A stretch of 64,000 nucleotides of DNA from Lama glama (lineage: Eukaryota), in the NCBI GenBank assembly GCA_028534125.1, contig CM052817.1, positions 54,810,001 through 54,874,000 of the forward strand, written 5' to 3'. Under the pieces are notes generated by a model. That model was given only the letters and a program-made list of their open reading frames with translations, did not search any database and was not told the DNA's origin. This document shows positions 39,620 through 51,176 of this stretch, piece by piece. Each line of letters starts with the position of its first letter. Position 1 is the stretch's first letter. Position numbers and translations under genes: made by a program.

Positions 39620-40600
39620 ACCAAAAGGAAAAACAGAAAACAGAGCAGAAGAGAACTTCAACATCTGAAGAAAATAGTCCATATGAAGAAATGGACAGTT
39701 AGACATTCACCCATAAAATAATTAAAAGCTCTTATAAAATAGAATCACAACAGGAAATAGAAATTTGAGAAAAAAGTAATAGTGAAAATTAAGCATTTTT
39801 TTTGTAGCTTTAAATAAAGATTCAGGAAAGTTTCAGAAGAGAATTAAAATGCAATAAAAAATTGAATAAAATGTAGGAAAAGATAGAGAAATTAAATGAC
39901 TAATTCAAGATGTTAAATATTCAAATTTAAAAAAAAAATCAAATTTTAAGAGTTCTAGAAAGTGAGGTTATAGAAAATTGGTGACACATTACAAATTGCA
40001 GAAAACTGAGCTGAAAGAGAAGATCTAATGTTTTTAGGAAATTTGAAAAAAAAAAGAAAACAGTTCATGCAAATGATCATGAACCTGCTACTGGAAATTC
40101 TCAGCTGCTATAGCTGGAAACTAGAAATATAGAGAGCAACACTTTCAGAATTCTGTGGAAAAATATTACATAACCAAAATACAAATTGGTATTCCCATAG
40201 TAAATATTAAATATTAACTAACAGTTTAAACTAATTTTGTAATTATTTATATCATTTATATTTAAAAGCAAAAATTAAAATATTAACCAACAATTTAAAA
40301 TAATTTTATCATATATTTATATATGATCATTTGAGGAATGTTGGGAGGAGGACTGAGGGGAAAGTGCTTATAAGAGAGCTAAATCATTATCCATCATAAA
40401 GGCAGCAAATGAAGTTTCAAAATTAAGCATCATCAGCATATCATTTAAATTATGGAATTAAATATCAGGCAATAGGAACGACTAAGAGTTGAAAATGGTT
40501 GTTGAACTGAGTAGGGCTAGGGACTGGGGAAACTATTTTTTATTATAATCTCTTTAGGTCAAAATGACTTAAAATATATACATATATCATATTACTTTAA
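39620..40600 (+). mobile_element. Ancient L1/HAL1-like relic
   Basis: A-rich tract with ORF1-like words (agttctagaaag; aacactttcagaattctgtggaaaa) and L1ME-like 3' words (agagctaaatc...aactattttttattataa). Confidence 0.4.
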
Positions 40601-40681
40601 TGATTAATAAGAATTAAAACTATCAACATAATTTTGAAGTATTGTAACTTCATAATTTCATTAAAAGTAACTTGTTTGTGC

Positions 40682-40711
40682 ATACACACACACACACACA
40701 CACACACACAT
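40682..40711. repeat. (CA)n microsatellite
   Basis: Direct reading of the sequence. Confidence 0.95.
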
Positions 40712-41459
40712 ATGATAGGAAAATAAACCACTAAAATATCAATAGGGAAATATTTATTAGGCTCTTGATATAGCAGGTTCTTATTAACTGGAAGGTATTT
40801 ACACATTTTTGTACCTGAATCTAATTAGCAGTTATACAAAGAGATTGGTATCAGTGACCAAGACTGAGAAAATTGAAATGACTGATGGGAGTATTAATAT
40901 TTGGAACATCATTCTGGTTAATACATTTTGCAATTCTTAAGAGAATTAGAAAGAGTGAAGAATGTGAGTAATTGAGGTCATTTCTCATATAAATCTGGAA
41001 TTCTGCAGAACTCACATAAGTGGAGAGATTCTTTTGAATTTACTGTTGTAAGCCAAGAAATAGCCCTACTGATTATTAGAAATAAGGGAGACTGTGAGGA
41101 GGTAATATAATGATTTATGGGCTTTCCTTATAATTAGGTAGAAACATGACTCAAATGCAGAAACACTTATTCACAGGCATTGGACAAATGAGATTTGGTC
41201 ATTTTTGTTACTGAAGAGTTAATTGGATGAACTTCAAGAGGCTTCTCAGAAAATATCTGACGTTTGTATCCCTGAGCTGTTCTGTGATTTTTCAAAAGTT
41301 AGTAATTTTTATGGAGGGTTACTATTTTTTTCAGTTCAATAAATTCTGTTCAGTAAATTAGATCCTTAAATACGTGCTTATAGATACTGGGAAGCAAATT
41401 GTTCTTTAATCAATGCAAACATTAACTCACTTCATTTCTTTTTTCCTTCCTTCCTGTTA

Positions 41460-41680
41460 GTCACCATATTGAGCACTTACTAGATGGCAAGCATTGTGCT
41501 GGTGTTTTAAAATACACTTCCACATATCACAACAACTCAGGGAGTTTCAGGACTATTCTGCAGATGAGGAAATTTATGTTCAGAGATGTTAATTAAATTC
41601 CCTAGGATCACAATGCTAATAAATGGAAAAATAAATCTTTCTGAATGCAAATGCAAATCTTTTCCATTACATCATGCTGT
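41460..41680 (-). mobile_element. MIR relic
   Basis: attgagcacttactagatggcaagcattgtgct...cacaacaactc...gcagatgaggaaatt. Confidence 0.65.
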
Positions 41681-41849
41681 ATTATTTTAAACACATTTTT
41701 TTCAGTCCACAATTGTTTATAGAGTGCCTTGTATCTGTCATGCTCTATTTTTGACAATGAGAGAAATAAAATGCAGTCTCTTTTCTTATGATTATCATAG
41801 TTTGTTGGAGACAGTATTCACATAAACACATATTTCAGGAAGCATAGAA

Positions 41850-43450
41850 ATTTGGCTTTGACTTTAGTATTCCTTTTTGGGAATTCTGTACAAGTTGAGA
41901 AAATGATTTAAGAGAACAATGCCACTACAAAATTTCATGAGAAAGAAAGACCCCAAATATCTATGATAAATAGTTTTTAATTATGATATAAAAATAGTGG
42001 GTAAGAAGAGAATTTTAAAAGTTAGAGATAAATAATGTACTGAAAACCATATGTTGTTTTCATTTATCAAACTTCAAAACAGAATTTTCACAAATGATTT
42101 AGTAATCTTCTGATGATTTTAAGCCTACAGAGGCAAACATTTTGAGCAAAGTCTTACTGAAATGTCTGCAAAAGAATACCACACATTTTCTGTGGATGAA
42201 TATCAAAGAATTTTTAGTTTAATTCAAGCTGTTAATTCTAAGTAACAGAATTCCATTTATAAGACATGTTACTGAAACACTAAATTCTTGACTTACATTC
42301 TTCAGTGCATACCAACATAAATGTTAGCAATATTATTGAATTAATATTTTTCTAACTTTTATAATCACACATTTAGACATAAAGATAAAACCATATATAC
42401 ATATTTTTAAGTTTTACAATGTTGAGTTAACTGAAGCATTTATTCTTCTGCTTTACTGAGTGGATCTGACTGATGAACTATTTATGGAATGGAAAATCGG
42501 TAAAGCAAATGTCAAATAATTGTGACTGACAATGCACCAAAAGTGGCAAAGGCTAGGAATGACGTGTAAATAAGCAGACGATGGATATTTTTTCCACGTA
42601 TTTCAATTGTATGTTAGAAAAGTAATTATAACACAAAATGTAACAGAATTTCTGCCCTTAGGCGGGAAAATAGTGAGCTAATGTTATCACTTTACTTAAT
42701 TCAAAAACATGTACATGACATAAAAGAGATGTTGGAACTACTTTGTCAGATATCAGATGCTCAAACAAGATGGAATAGAAGCTACTGCATTTTTAAAAAG
42801 ATTGAATTAAAGAAAGATTTAACACTGCACTCTGCCAGTAACAATGCCAGCTTTCAAGACAGCTTGCTTGTAGAGAACATGGTTTATTATTTGTTAGAAC
42901 TGGGTAAAGAAATAACCAAACTGGTGTGACTTGAGAGCAGAAGTATTTCTTACATTGTGCCTGCTATAAGGATTTTCCCAACATTTTGCTTCATAGCACA
43001 TTAGTGTGCATGAAATGAAAGCTGAGGTGCAGGTGGAAATTTAGAGATTTGTCATATTGCAACCAATCAAATTTCTCCATTGCTCTATTTCTAGATCCAA
43101 GATTAAGGGAAATTTTATCTCAGGCAAGTAAGTGTAAAACAGCAACTGAGCAAAAATATTCCTGATAAAATAATACGTGAAGACATTTTTAAGTCTTCTG
43201 AAATTATAGAGAATCTTCTTTAAGCAGTGCAAACAACTCTAATTTGCAGGATTGATTAGGTGACATTACAGAAATTGAAGAGCTGATGTGTCTTTACCTA
43301 GATGATGGAAAACTATCAAACTTAGTGGCAATGTTACCACCAACAGTAGCCTACACTGGAAGAATTACCCCAAAACATTTGCACACCCACTGACCTCATT
43401 TGGAGGTGAGAGGAGAAATTGTTTTTTTCTAAGTTTTCAAACTAATAGAA
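41850..43450 (+). pseudogene. Decayed BED-finger hAT (Ac/ZBED1/ZBED4-like) transposase fossil
   Basis: Colinear motifs across frameshifts and stops: FCTS*/NATTKF..MRKKDP (BED-like), LTEMSAKEYHTFSVDE, MEWKI, IVTDNAPKVAKA, FHVFQLYVRK, GKIVS, DAQTRWNRSY, KEITKLV*LESRSISYIVPAI, IALFLDPRLR, *PTLEELP/KHLHT/PLTSFGGER. Confidence 0.82.
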
Positions 43451-46400
43451 TTGGCTTTTAACAACTATAGCAGTGAAAGTATAATCATAATTGCCTTTTG
43501 GGGAACATACTCAGAGTTTTCTTCAAGTTCCGTGTTTATTCTATGATGGTATTAGTTGGCTTCCCTTAATATTGACTTTAACATTCAACTGCTTGGCATT
43601 TAGTTAAAGAGTATATTGAGACAGCACTGTAAAATGACTATTACTCATTAAAAAAATAAAGTATATTGAGGGCACATCTCATTTAAAATGTGGTGTGATA
43701 ATTTTACCCATAGAGACATTAAGGCAAGGTTATTAGGCAGTAGATATCATAAGTATGGATCCTGTGGTAGGGTATCAAGGAAAGTTCTACACAGAATCTT
43801 GAGTAGTAGTCTGCTAAGTGACAAAGTCACTTATATGATAGTATTTAGAAAGAAAAGAACTGATGATGAGAACTAACTTGATGGAAAGTTCAAACTTAAT
43901 ACAACTGTAAATGCAACTTAATAAATCTGCATTGTTTTTGAACAGTTATCATTGTGTCTTCTATGTTGTCTGTACAGTCAAATGTACACTATAAAAATTT
44001 GCATATGTAGGCAAGGAGAAGACTGCGATCAGCAGTCCTCCCTGTCACCCCATCCCAAGGAAGCCAGGTGAGCTTCTGCTCTCAGCCCGAGGCCCTCTTC
44101 AGGCACTAGTGGTGCTGGTGAAACACTGTAGACATCGATGATGCCATTTGGTACTTAAAGTGACTTTACAGTGCTCAGGAGGAGAAATCACCTGCATGGA
44201 CCTAACTCAGTTCTTTCAGGGTGAGGATTTACATTAATATTCTGTGTATGACCCAATTTGTTTTCCTTTGTATCTAAGCTTTTGAGTACAGTATAATACT
44301 TTTCCAAATTCTTCCAGACTTCATCTAAAGTGGAGCCAACTGGAACACTACAGAAAGGGCCTTTTCTAACTCCTCTTTACTAATTTTCATATGATTATTC
44401 TTTAGCAGTGAGAGAGAGAGAGAAGACCCCATGATTAGGGCTTCTGGGAGTGAGCTATCCAGTATTTGGTTAAACTACCACTGTGTTCTTGATTTGCCTC
44501 CCTTTTGTGGTCTAAGAGTGTACTTGTCTTACAGTTCCCCTCCCCTTTTATTTTGGCAATTTTTCTCTAAGATCTTGTGAACTCTGTGTGTTTCCAGAAT
44601 GCACTGACTCCTCACATTATATTTCTAATAACCAAACTCTGATAGCTCTGGTAACCTCCAACAAGACAACAGATTTCTACATTGTCACCACTACCTATTC
44701 TACACTAATCTATACAGATTTGCAGAATCTCCCTGCATACCAATAAGATCAGTAATCCCTTGTAACAAGACAAGCTTCATTTGAAACCATTCTCCATATC
44801 CATTATGCATGCTTTATTAAGAAACAACAAATTTATTTTTGTGGTAAATTAAAACAGAGATAATAAATAGCATTAATAAATAACTTACTCTAGAATACTC
44901 AGTGGTTTTTCATATTATTTTCTTTCCTCATTTCTAAAGCTCCTCCTCCACGTGTTTTGTGAGTCTCTTTTCAAGTATGTTAAGATGACTTAATATTGAA
45001 CCAGAGTAGTGTTATTGATAATTAGCCCCTAAAAGTCTTCATTGTTTAGTACTGATTTTTTTTAAAAAAGGAAATGATGGTGCATTAGTTCAAATGCAGA
45101 AGTTTTATGATCAAAAAACTGTGATATTTAATTTTAAAAATACACACTATTCCAAAAGGCCTCTACAGCATGAATGCTTTTCTCTAAATCACTGTGCCAT
45201 TATTTTCCAGACAGCCTGGCCTGAGGTAATTAGTTTTGCTTCTCTTTGTGAAATCCATTGAGGACAGGTCAGTGGATAATGAATGTGAATCAGAAAATCT
45301 TCAGCACATTCATTTTTAAACAGTTCTCCACAATGACTAGTTGTTTCTGGTGTGGTCCCACCGAACGAGAGCAGCACAGGGGGCGGGATGCGTGACCCAG
45401 GTTCCCCTGTGCTGGATGATGTGAATCAGTTTTCAGCATGTTTTAATATTTCAGCTTTTTCTGTAGTTAGGCTCAGACAGACATTTTCTCTTCATTAATT
45501 TAATTTAAGTCTTATGAAAACAGATGAGATTGAAATCAAGTAATTTAAGAAGTTTGTTGGAAACATAACTCCTTGTAATCATTTGGGGACCAAGAGACTT
45601 GAATGTTGCATCTAAATTGAACAGTAAGGAAAATGGTCTGTAAGAGGAAAATAAGAGGGTAAAGTGGGTTAGGTGGCACGATTTGTGCCTTAAAATAATG
45701 TTAATTTTATTTTATGAGCTCCTGTGAGTAAAAAGAGTAGTAAAGGTCATTTACAAAAAGACTCCATAGTGATACTAGTTTCTCAAAATAATTTTTCAGG
45801 ATTTCTTAGGAGGAATCCTTCATACAAAGAAAATGTGACCAATTTTAGATTACTTTACAAATGCTGATGGATGGATTCAGCAATTTGAATGTAATTATAT
45901 TAAATTTAATTTCAGTCATTACAGTTAAGTACCTAGTAACTTACTCATATGTGGTGGATACTTAATGGGAAATATTTTAAATAAGGAAATAAGTAATAAT
46001 GAGCTCTCTTGATTCTAGAAAGCCATAAGAAACATATTAAAACTCCTCTTGTACTACACCTCTGTATTTATTTTTTTAGAATTTTGTGATGACTTTTTTT
46101 TCAACACAGCATTTCTCAGTCTGTTTCTGGCCTCCCATTCTAACTCAGGGGTGTGACAGTAGGAGGCATTTTGTGATGTAGGCAAAAGAGGGTTTCTTCT
46201 AGTCCAGCACTTAAGTTTGAAGGTGATGGAAGCTTGGTGTTTATGCCAGTTACTAATTCCAGGAGATCACTAGGTGGTCTGCATGCCTAATTTGCTTCCA
46301 GGTAAAGATGTAATTCTATGCCTAGGAAGCTATTACCCACAATAGATACATCATTGGACATGAGTCATGGGCAAAGAGTGATAACCTCCATGGTCCCAGA

Positions 46401-46489
46401 TTCTTGTTGCAGGTGTATGAGACAGCCAATTGGGCAATACTGAAGAGGGTGTAAAGGGCATAAGCTTATTCCTGGACAGTGTGGAGGCT

Positions 46490-46755
46490 CTAGTGTGAAT
46501 AAGAATCAGCTGTGGTGTTTGTTAAAATTTACTTTCTGCCACCTCTAGAGATCGTGATTTAGTAGATGTAGTTTGGCACCTAAGGAGCTAAGTTTAAAAT
46601 ATATACTTTACATTTTAGAAAAGGTTTAGATTTATGGAAAATTTGTGAAGACAGAGCAGACAATTCTTGCATAGCCACCACACAGAAAGCAGTGTTTTAC
46701 TAAGTAAACATGACAATTCTGAATCATGTGTTTTGAAACTCTCACTTTAAGTATT
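46490..46755. mobile_element. MER5-like MITE interrupted by a short L1MC/MD-like 3' end (~46596-46686)
   Basis: agaatcagctgtggtgtttgttaaaat...gatttagtagatgt; ttttagaaaaggtttagatttatggaaaatttgtgaagacagagcaga. Confidence 0.55.
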
Positions 46756-49700
46756 AGGTAACATGATTGAGGAAGCAGAGTGGGGAGTGTATGGATGTCA
46801 GGCACAGCTTGCTCTTCCTGGGCACGTCATAACCTGAACTGTTGGAACAAAAGTCGAGGAGGTTAGCAAGCTCCAGAGATGGGAATTATAAAGAAGTTGA
46901 TAATCATTGCCCTGAAATACCAGGACTTGAAATGTCATTAAATTGTAGGTCCTACAAGATTGTTGGGACTGAGGCTGCTGATATATTTCCTCTTTCAAAC
47001 AGAAGCAGTCCCGGCCTGAGCTGTCAGTGGGAGGCTTCTGTAGCTCCAAGTCAAAGTAACCAGAAGCCAAAGGAGTAAGGATTTCTTTAAATAAATTGAA
47101 CTAGTTACTAGATATGCCTTACTAGAAGATCTTATTTATAAAATTCTGATACAATGATATTACTTATAGGATCCTCTAATTAGCCAGGAAGCTTCTACTA
47201 TTATAAAATATCATCAAGTCTTTAAACTGTAAATTTTATAATCTTTCAATTTTCTGGCTTTCAGAGCACTATTTATGTATCATTCTGAATACTTTGTTTT
47301 AGACTACAGGTAAAATACCCTTTAAAAAGTGATGGCTGGGGATCCATATAACCTAGAAGGGAACTAAGAAATGTAATCTAGAACTATGTTTAAAATAATT
47401 TTTAAAGGAATGCTGAACAGGTACTTCTGAACATGGGACTTAGAAAATTCATAGCTTAATTTATGGACTAGTCTAATGCTTTAATGGATGTATCATAAAA
47501 GTGAATGTAAATCATCGTAATGAAAGAATTGATAGATTTCTGACAATGCTATGACAGCTGAATTAATGTGTGCAGAATGTCAGTATTAATGATAAACATT
47601 AATAAATACTGCATATGATTGAATTAACAATGACGTAAAACAGTCTTTTGCTGCTATGCAAAACCCATTTAACTAGGCAGAGATACTGTTTTAGGCTTAG
47701 TATGAACACTTAATTTCAAGGAGCACCTCCTACAAGTTTCTCAAAAAGATTCCATTTATGTTGCATAAGCTTACTTTCATAAGAACTAATTTTTCTTCAT
47801 GTGACTTTGTCAGAAATCACAACTTTGATGATAGAAGTTCATATTTATACATTTTTATTTTTGAAAATAGAGTCATCATAAAGCACTGAAAAGGTGTAAA
47901 ATCTGTAATACCAGTAAGTCCTTGACTCTCTTGTCTAAATAGTGGGACACCAGTAACCACCTGTCAGCAAAGTCTACATTTCAGAAAGGGGCTACATTGT
48001 ATATTAGTTTTGAGTTGTTTAAAATCAAAGGTCCTTTGGATTATTTCAGGATTATATTATTTTTGTGGTGAATGAAAGGAGGGTGATATTAAAAATAAGG
48101 CATACCTACCATTCCCTTTAATCCTTTAGTGAATTATATAGCATCATTTCAGAATAGCTGAATCTTGCTCATGGATAGAAGTGAACTTGATAATTTTTTG
48201 AAAATTTCAAAGAATCATATGGTAACACTATGCCCCCTCCTGTATTATTTGAAGATAGATATATCTCAGAAGACCAAATTGTGACTGGAAGCCAGTGCTG
48301 TGCAGGATTTTGGATTACCATTGTTTGTAGATTTTGCTACATTTTCAATTCTAGCCTCTGCTGAAGTACACATTCTCTTAAAATGAGTCATATCATTGCT
48401 TTTGACACAGGCTTGAGCTTGTCTTGTTTTTTTTTTCCCCAGCATTCCACAGTTCTGCTTCATGGCTTACAGTAGCTATTATAAAAATATTTGGGAAAAT
48501 TATACAGTGCTGTTAGACGCAATGGAAAATAATTTTATGCACATATAAACTTGATGCAAATATGCATATAGCTGAGAAGTTTAGTCTCGCCCACAAGCTA
48601 CTGAGAAAAAATTAAATCTTATAAACGTAATCACCTCCATTAGAATCTAAATATTATTTTTCTTAGATATAAAATGACTTTGCAAGTGAAGTATTTTTTT
48701 CAGCACTATTAATTCTCATCACAATTTGTCCTAAATGATACTTATAGAAATTTTAAACCATAGACTAAAAAGAGAAATAGACTAGAAAGAAAGAAATAAT
48801 GAATTATATTCATTATTAGAAAGCACCGGTGACTGAGCTTTACAAAAAAAGATTGATCATTCAGTTTCAGACAGGTAGCTTTTTTCTAGGAGTTTTTAAT
48901 ATTCTTTTGCATTTATCTTCTCCAAATCTTATAAAGTCGATATTATTATACTGTGTTTTTAATGAGGAAGGAGAAAGAAAGTGAAGAGAAGTGAGCCACT
49001 CATGGATACACACTGAATTCTTCAGAATCAGAATCTGGTACCTGACCCTGTGATTTCAGGTCTGATTCTCCCTCCACAGCACCAGAGGAAGTGAGTCAGA
49101 TCTTCATGTGAGATCAAGGGATGGAACAGAAGGGTGAGGACAGAAAGTGAGGGAAGGCTGGGAGGCCAAGAAAGAGGGACACTGCTGTCTTGCCATTCTA
49201 GATCTCCTTTGGGAGCAGATGAATATTCTTGGGACCGAGGGTTCTAAGCTCTCTCTCCTGCAGTACCTGGGGCAGATGGTGACTGGAATGGGTGCTTGTT
49301 TCATGAGATTTTGTTATCGTCTGATGGGGAAAACAGAACAAGGTGACTTTCTTCCTAGACATAGATGCATCTTAAACATGTCTGAACCATGAATTATCTT
49401 CCATATTACTAAAATAGCTATCTGTTTTTAGCTGTCAGGTGTCAATGGATTGGATTTTATTGTTTAATGACTTTGTTTATACAATAATTTTTAATGGGGA
49501 TAATAATTTTCTATTAAGTTGGAAAACTCCACATAACATAGTAATAGGCTTTAATGAATCAGAGGCCAAAGGAAATGTGGAAAGCGCTCTTGATGTTCCA
49601 CCTCTTCACTGGAATCTTTTGTGTGTGTGTGTGTGTCATGAGGTTGATAGCTCAAATACTTGACTTTTTGGATGTTTAGATTCTTCTAATTTTAGAAATA

Positions 49701-49929
49701 ACTAAATTTTATCATGTCATAAAACTCAAACAGTGGATTTTCTTGAAATTAAAGAAGTTGATCTTTTTTTTTTTTTTTGCATTGCTCTGTTTATCTGGAT
49801 AGGACAAAGTCATGGGATTTTATTATGGATACTGACCTTAAAAGTCTCCTCTTTTCTGACAATCTCTGGCAAGTTTTCATTAAGACAGCTGAATATCTCT
49901 AATGATGAGAAATTTATCATGTGCAGGAG

Positions 49930-50100
49930 TTAGTAAAGACTGCTGGTTAAGAGCAAATACTCTGAAGTCAGAATTTTTGTTGTGAATTACAATCACTTAC
50001 TATATCTCATAAAATTATTGTGATGATTTAATGAGATAATACACCAAAATTATTCAGAATAGAGTGCCACACAGTAAATGCCTTATAAGTATTACTATAT
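49930..50100 (+). mobile_element. MIR relic
   Basis: ggttaagagcaaatactctgaagtcaga...gtgatgatttaatgagataat...acacagtaaatgcc. Confidence 0.7.
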
Positions 50101-50170
50101 CTTAAAGCCACTCATTTCATTTCTGAATTGATATACTTTTAAATACTTAAAATGTATCTTTAATTTAGGA

Positions 50171-50398
50171 TGTGGGTTGGCAAACTTTTCTTCTGAAGGG
50201 CCAAGTAGCAAAATTTTCAGCTTTGTAAGCCACAGGGTCTCTGTTGCCACTACTCAACATTGCCACATAAAAGTATAAAAGCCATCTTTGAAAATACATA
50301 AATGAATGGGTGTGGCTGTATTCTTCAAAAATGCTTTATTGACAAAATACAGGTGATGGGCCAGATTTGGCTCAGAGGCCATAGTGTGCTGACCTCTT
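50171..50398. mobile_element. MER58A-like hAT MITE
   Basis: gggttggcaaacttt...aagggcca...atgaatgggtgtggctgt...gggccagatttggctcagaggccatagtgtgctgacctc. Confidence 0.88.
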
Positions 50399-50959
50399 AC
50401 TTAGGAGATTATTTCAGTTCTTTTATAAAGATACCATTCGGACAAAAAACAGACCTTAAACCCAAGTTGAGAAAAATATTCCCTGTGGAAGGAAATCATG
50501 GACTCCGTATTCCCTTGAGCATTAATTTATCTGGGTTAGTCACCTGATCACGACTGCTTACACAGTGGCAGAATGATGGTATTAGAAGGACACTATTAGA
50601 GTGAAAACTTGAAAAGGAATATCAACTTTGAGTCTGTAACTAAAATATTAGAGTCTATCAAAAGAATATGCTGAAAAAATTTTCAGCTAGCTTTTAAATG
50701 AAGATGTGACACCTGCTGTATGGTATTATCATTTTGAATAGCAGAAACCATACATATTAATATGGTGTATAAAGACCTTGTCTGCCAATGTATTAGAAGA
50801 ACTCATTACTATAGATTCATAGCACTTTAATTACGATAATAATATTTTGTATAAATAGAGGCTTAAAACAGCACAGAATGATTTAGAATTTAAATTAAAA
50901 AGGTAAAATATTTAGACAAATTTTTAAAAGTTCAAAACCTTGAAATAACAAGGGTTTGT

Positions 50960-51176
50960 TTTTGTTTTTCAAACAGCCTTCTCAGCCTTAAATTGCCTAC
51001 TTCTGGTGATAAGGATGCCTTCTACCATCCTGGTACAGGAAGGTACTTTTTATACACGAGATGTGTTTTCTGCTTTCAGGGGGACAGAGGAAGGTCAGAG
51101 TGTCCTTGATGCAGAAGATGTTTAAGTAACCTTTAAAAATGGCTTCTTTTGGGGTGGATATTCTGGCTTTCCTTCA
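50960..51176 (-). mobile_element. ERV1 (MER4-group-like) LTR fragment
   Basis: ctgctttcagggggacagaggaaggtcagagtgtcctt...ttttggggtggatattctgg...ccttca. Confidence 0.6.

Noticed and set aside
42681..42929. ORF 42681-42929 as a functional ZBED gene
   Set aside because: Only a surviving open stretch of the fossil transposase; flanking motifs carry stops and frameshifts
45361..45400. Small CpG/GC-box cluster (cacagggggcggga), possible CTCF site or promoter
   Set aside because: 5' half of the CTCF core mismatches; far too short for a CpG island
46798..47078. Overlapping ORFs on both strands
   Set aside because: No homology I can recognise; not supportable as a CDS
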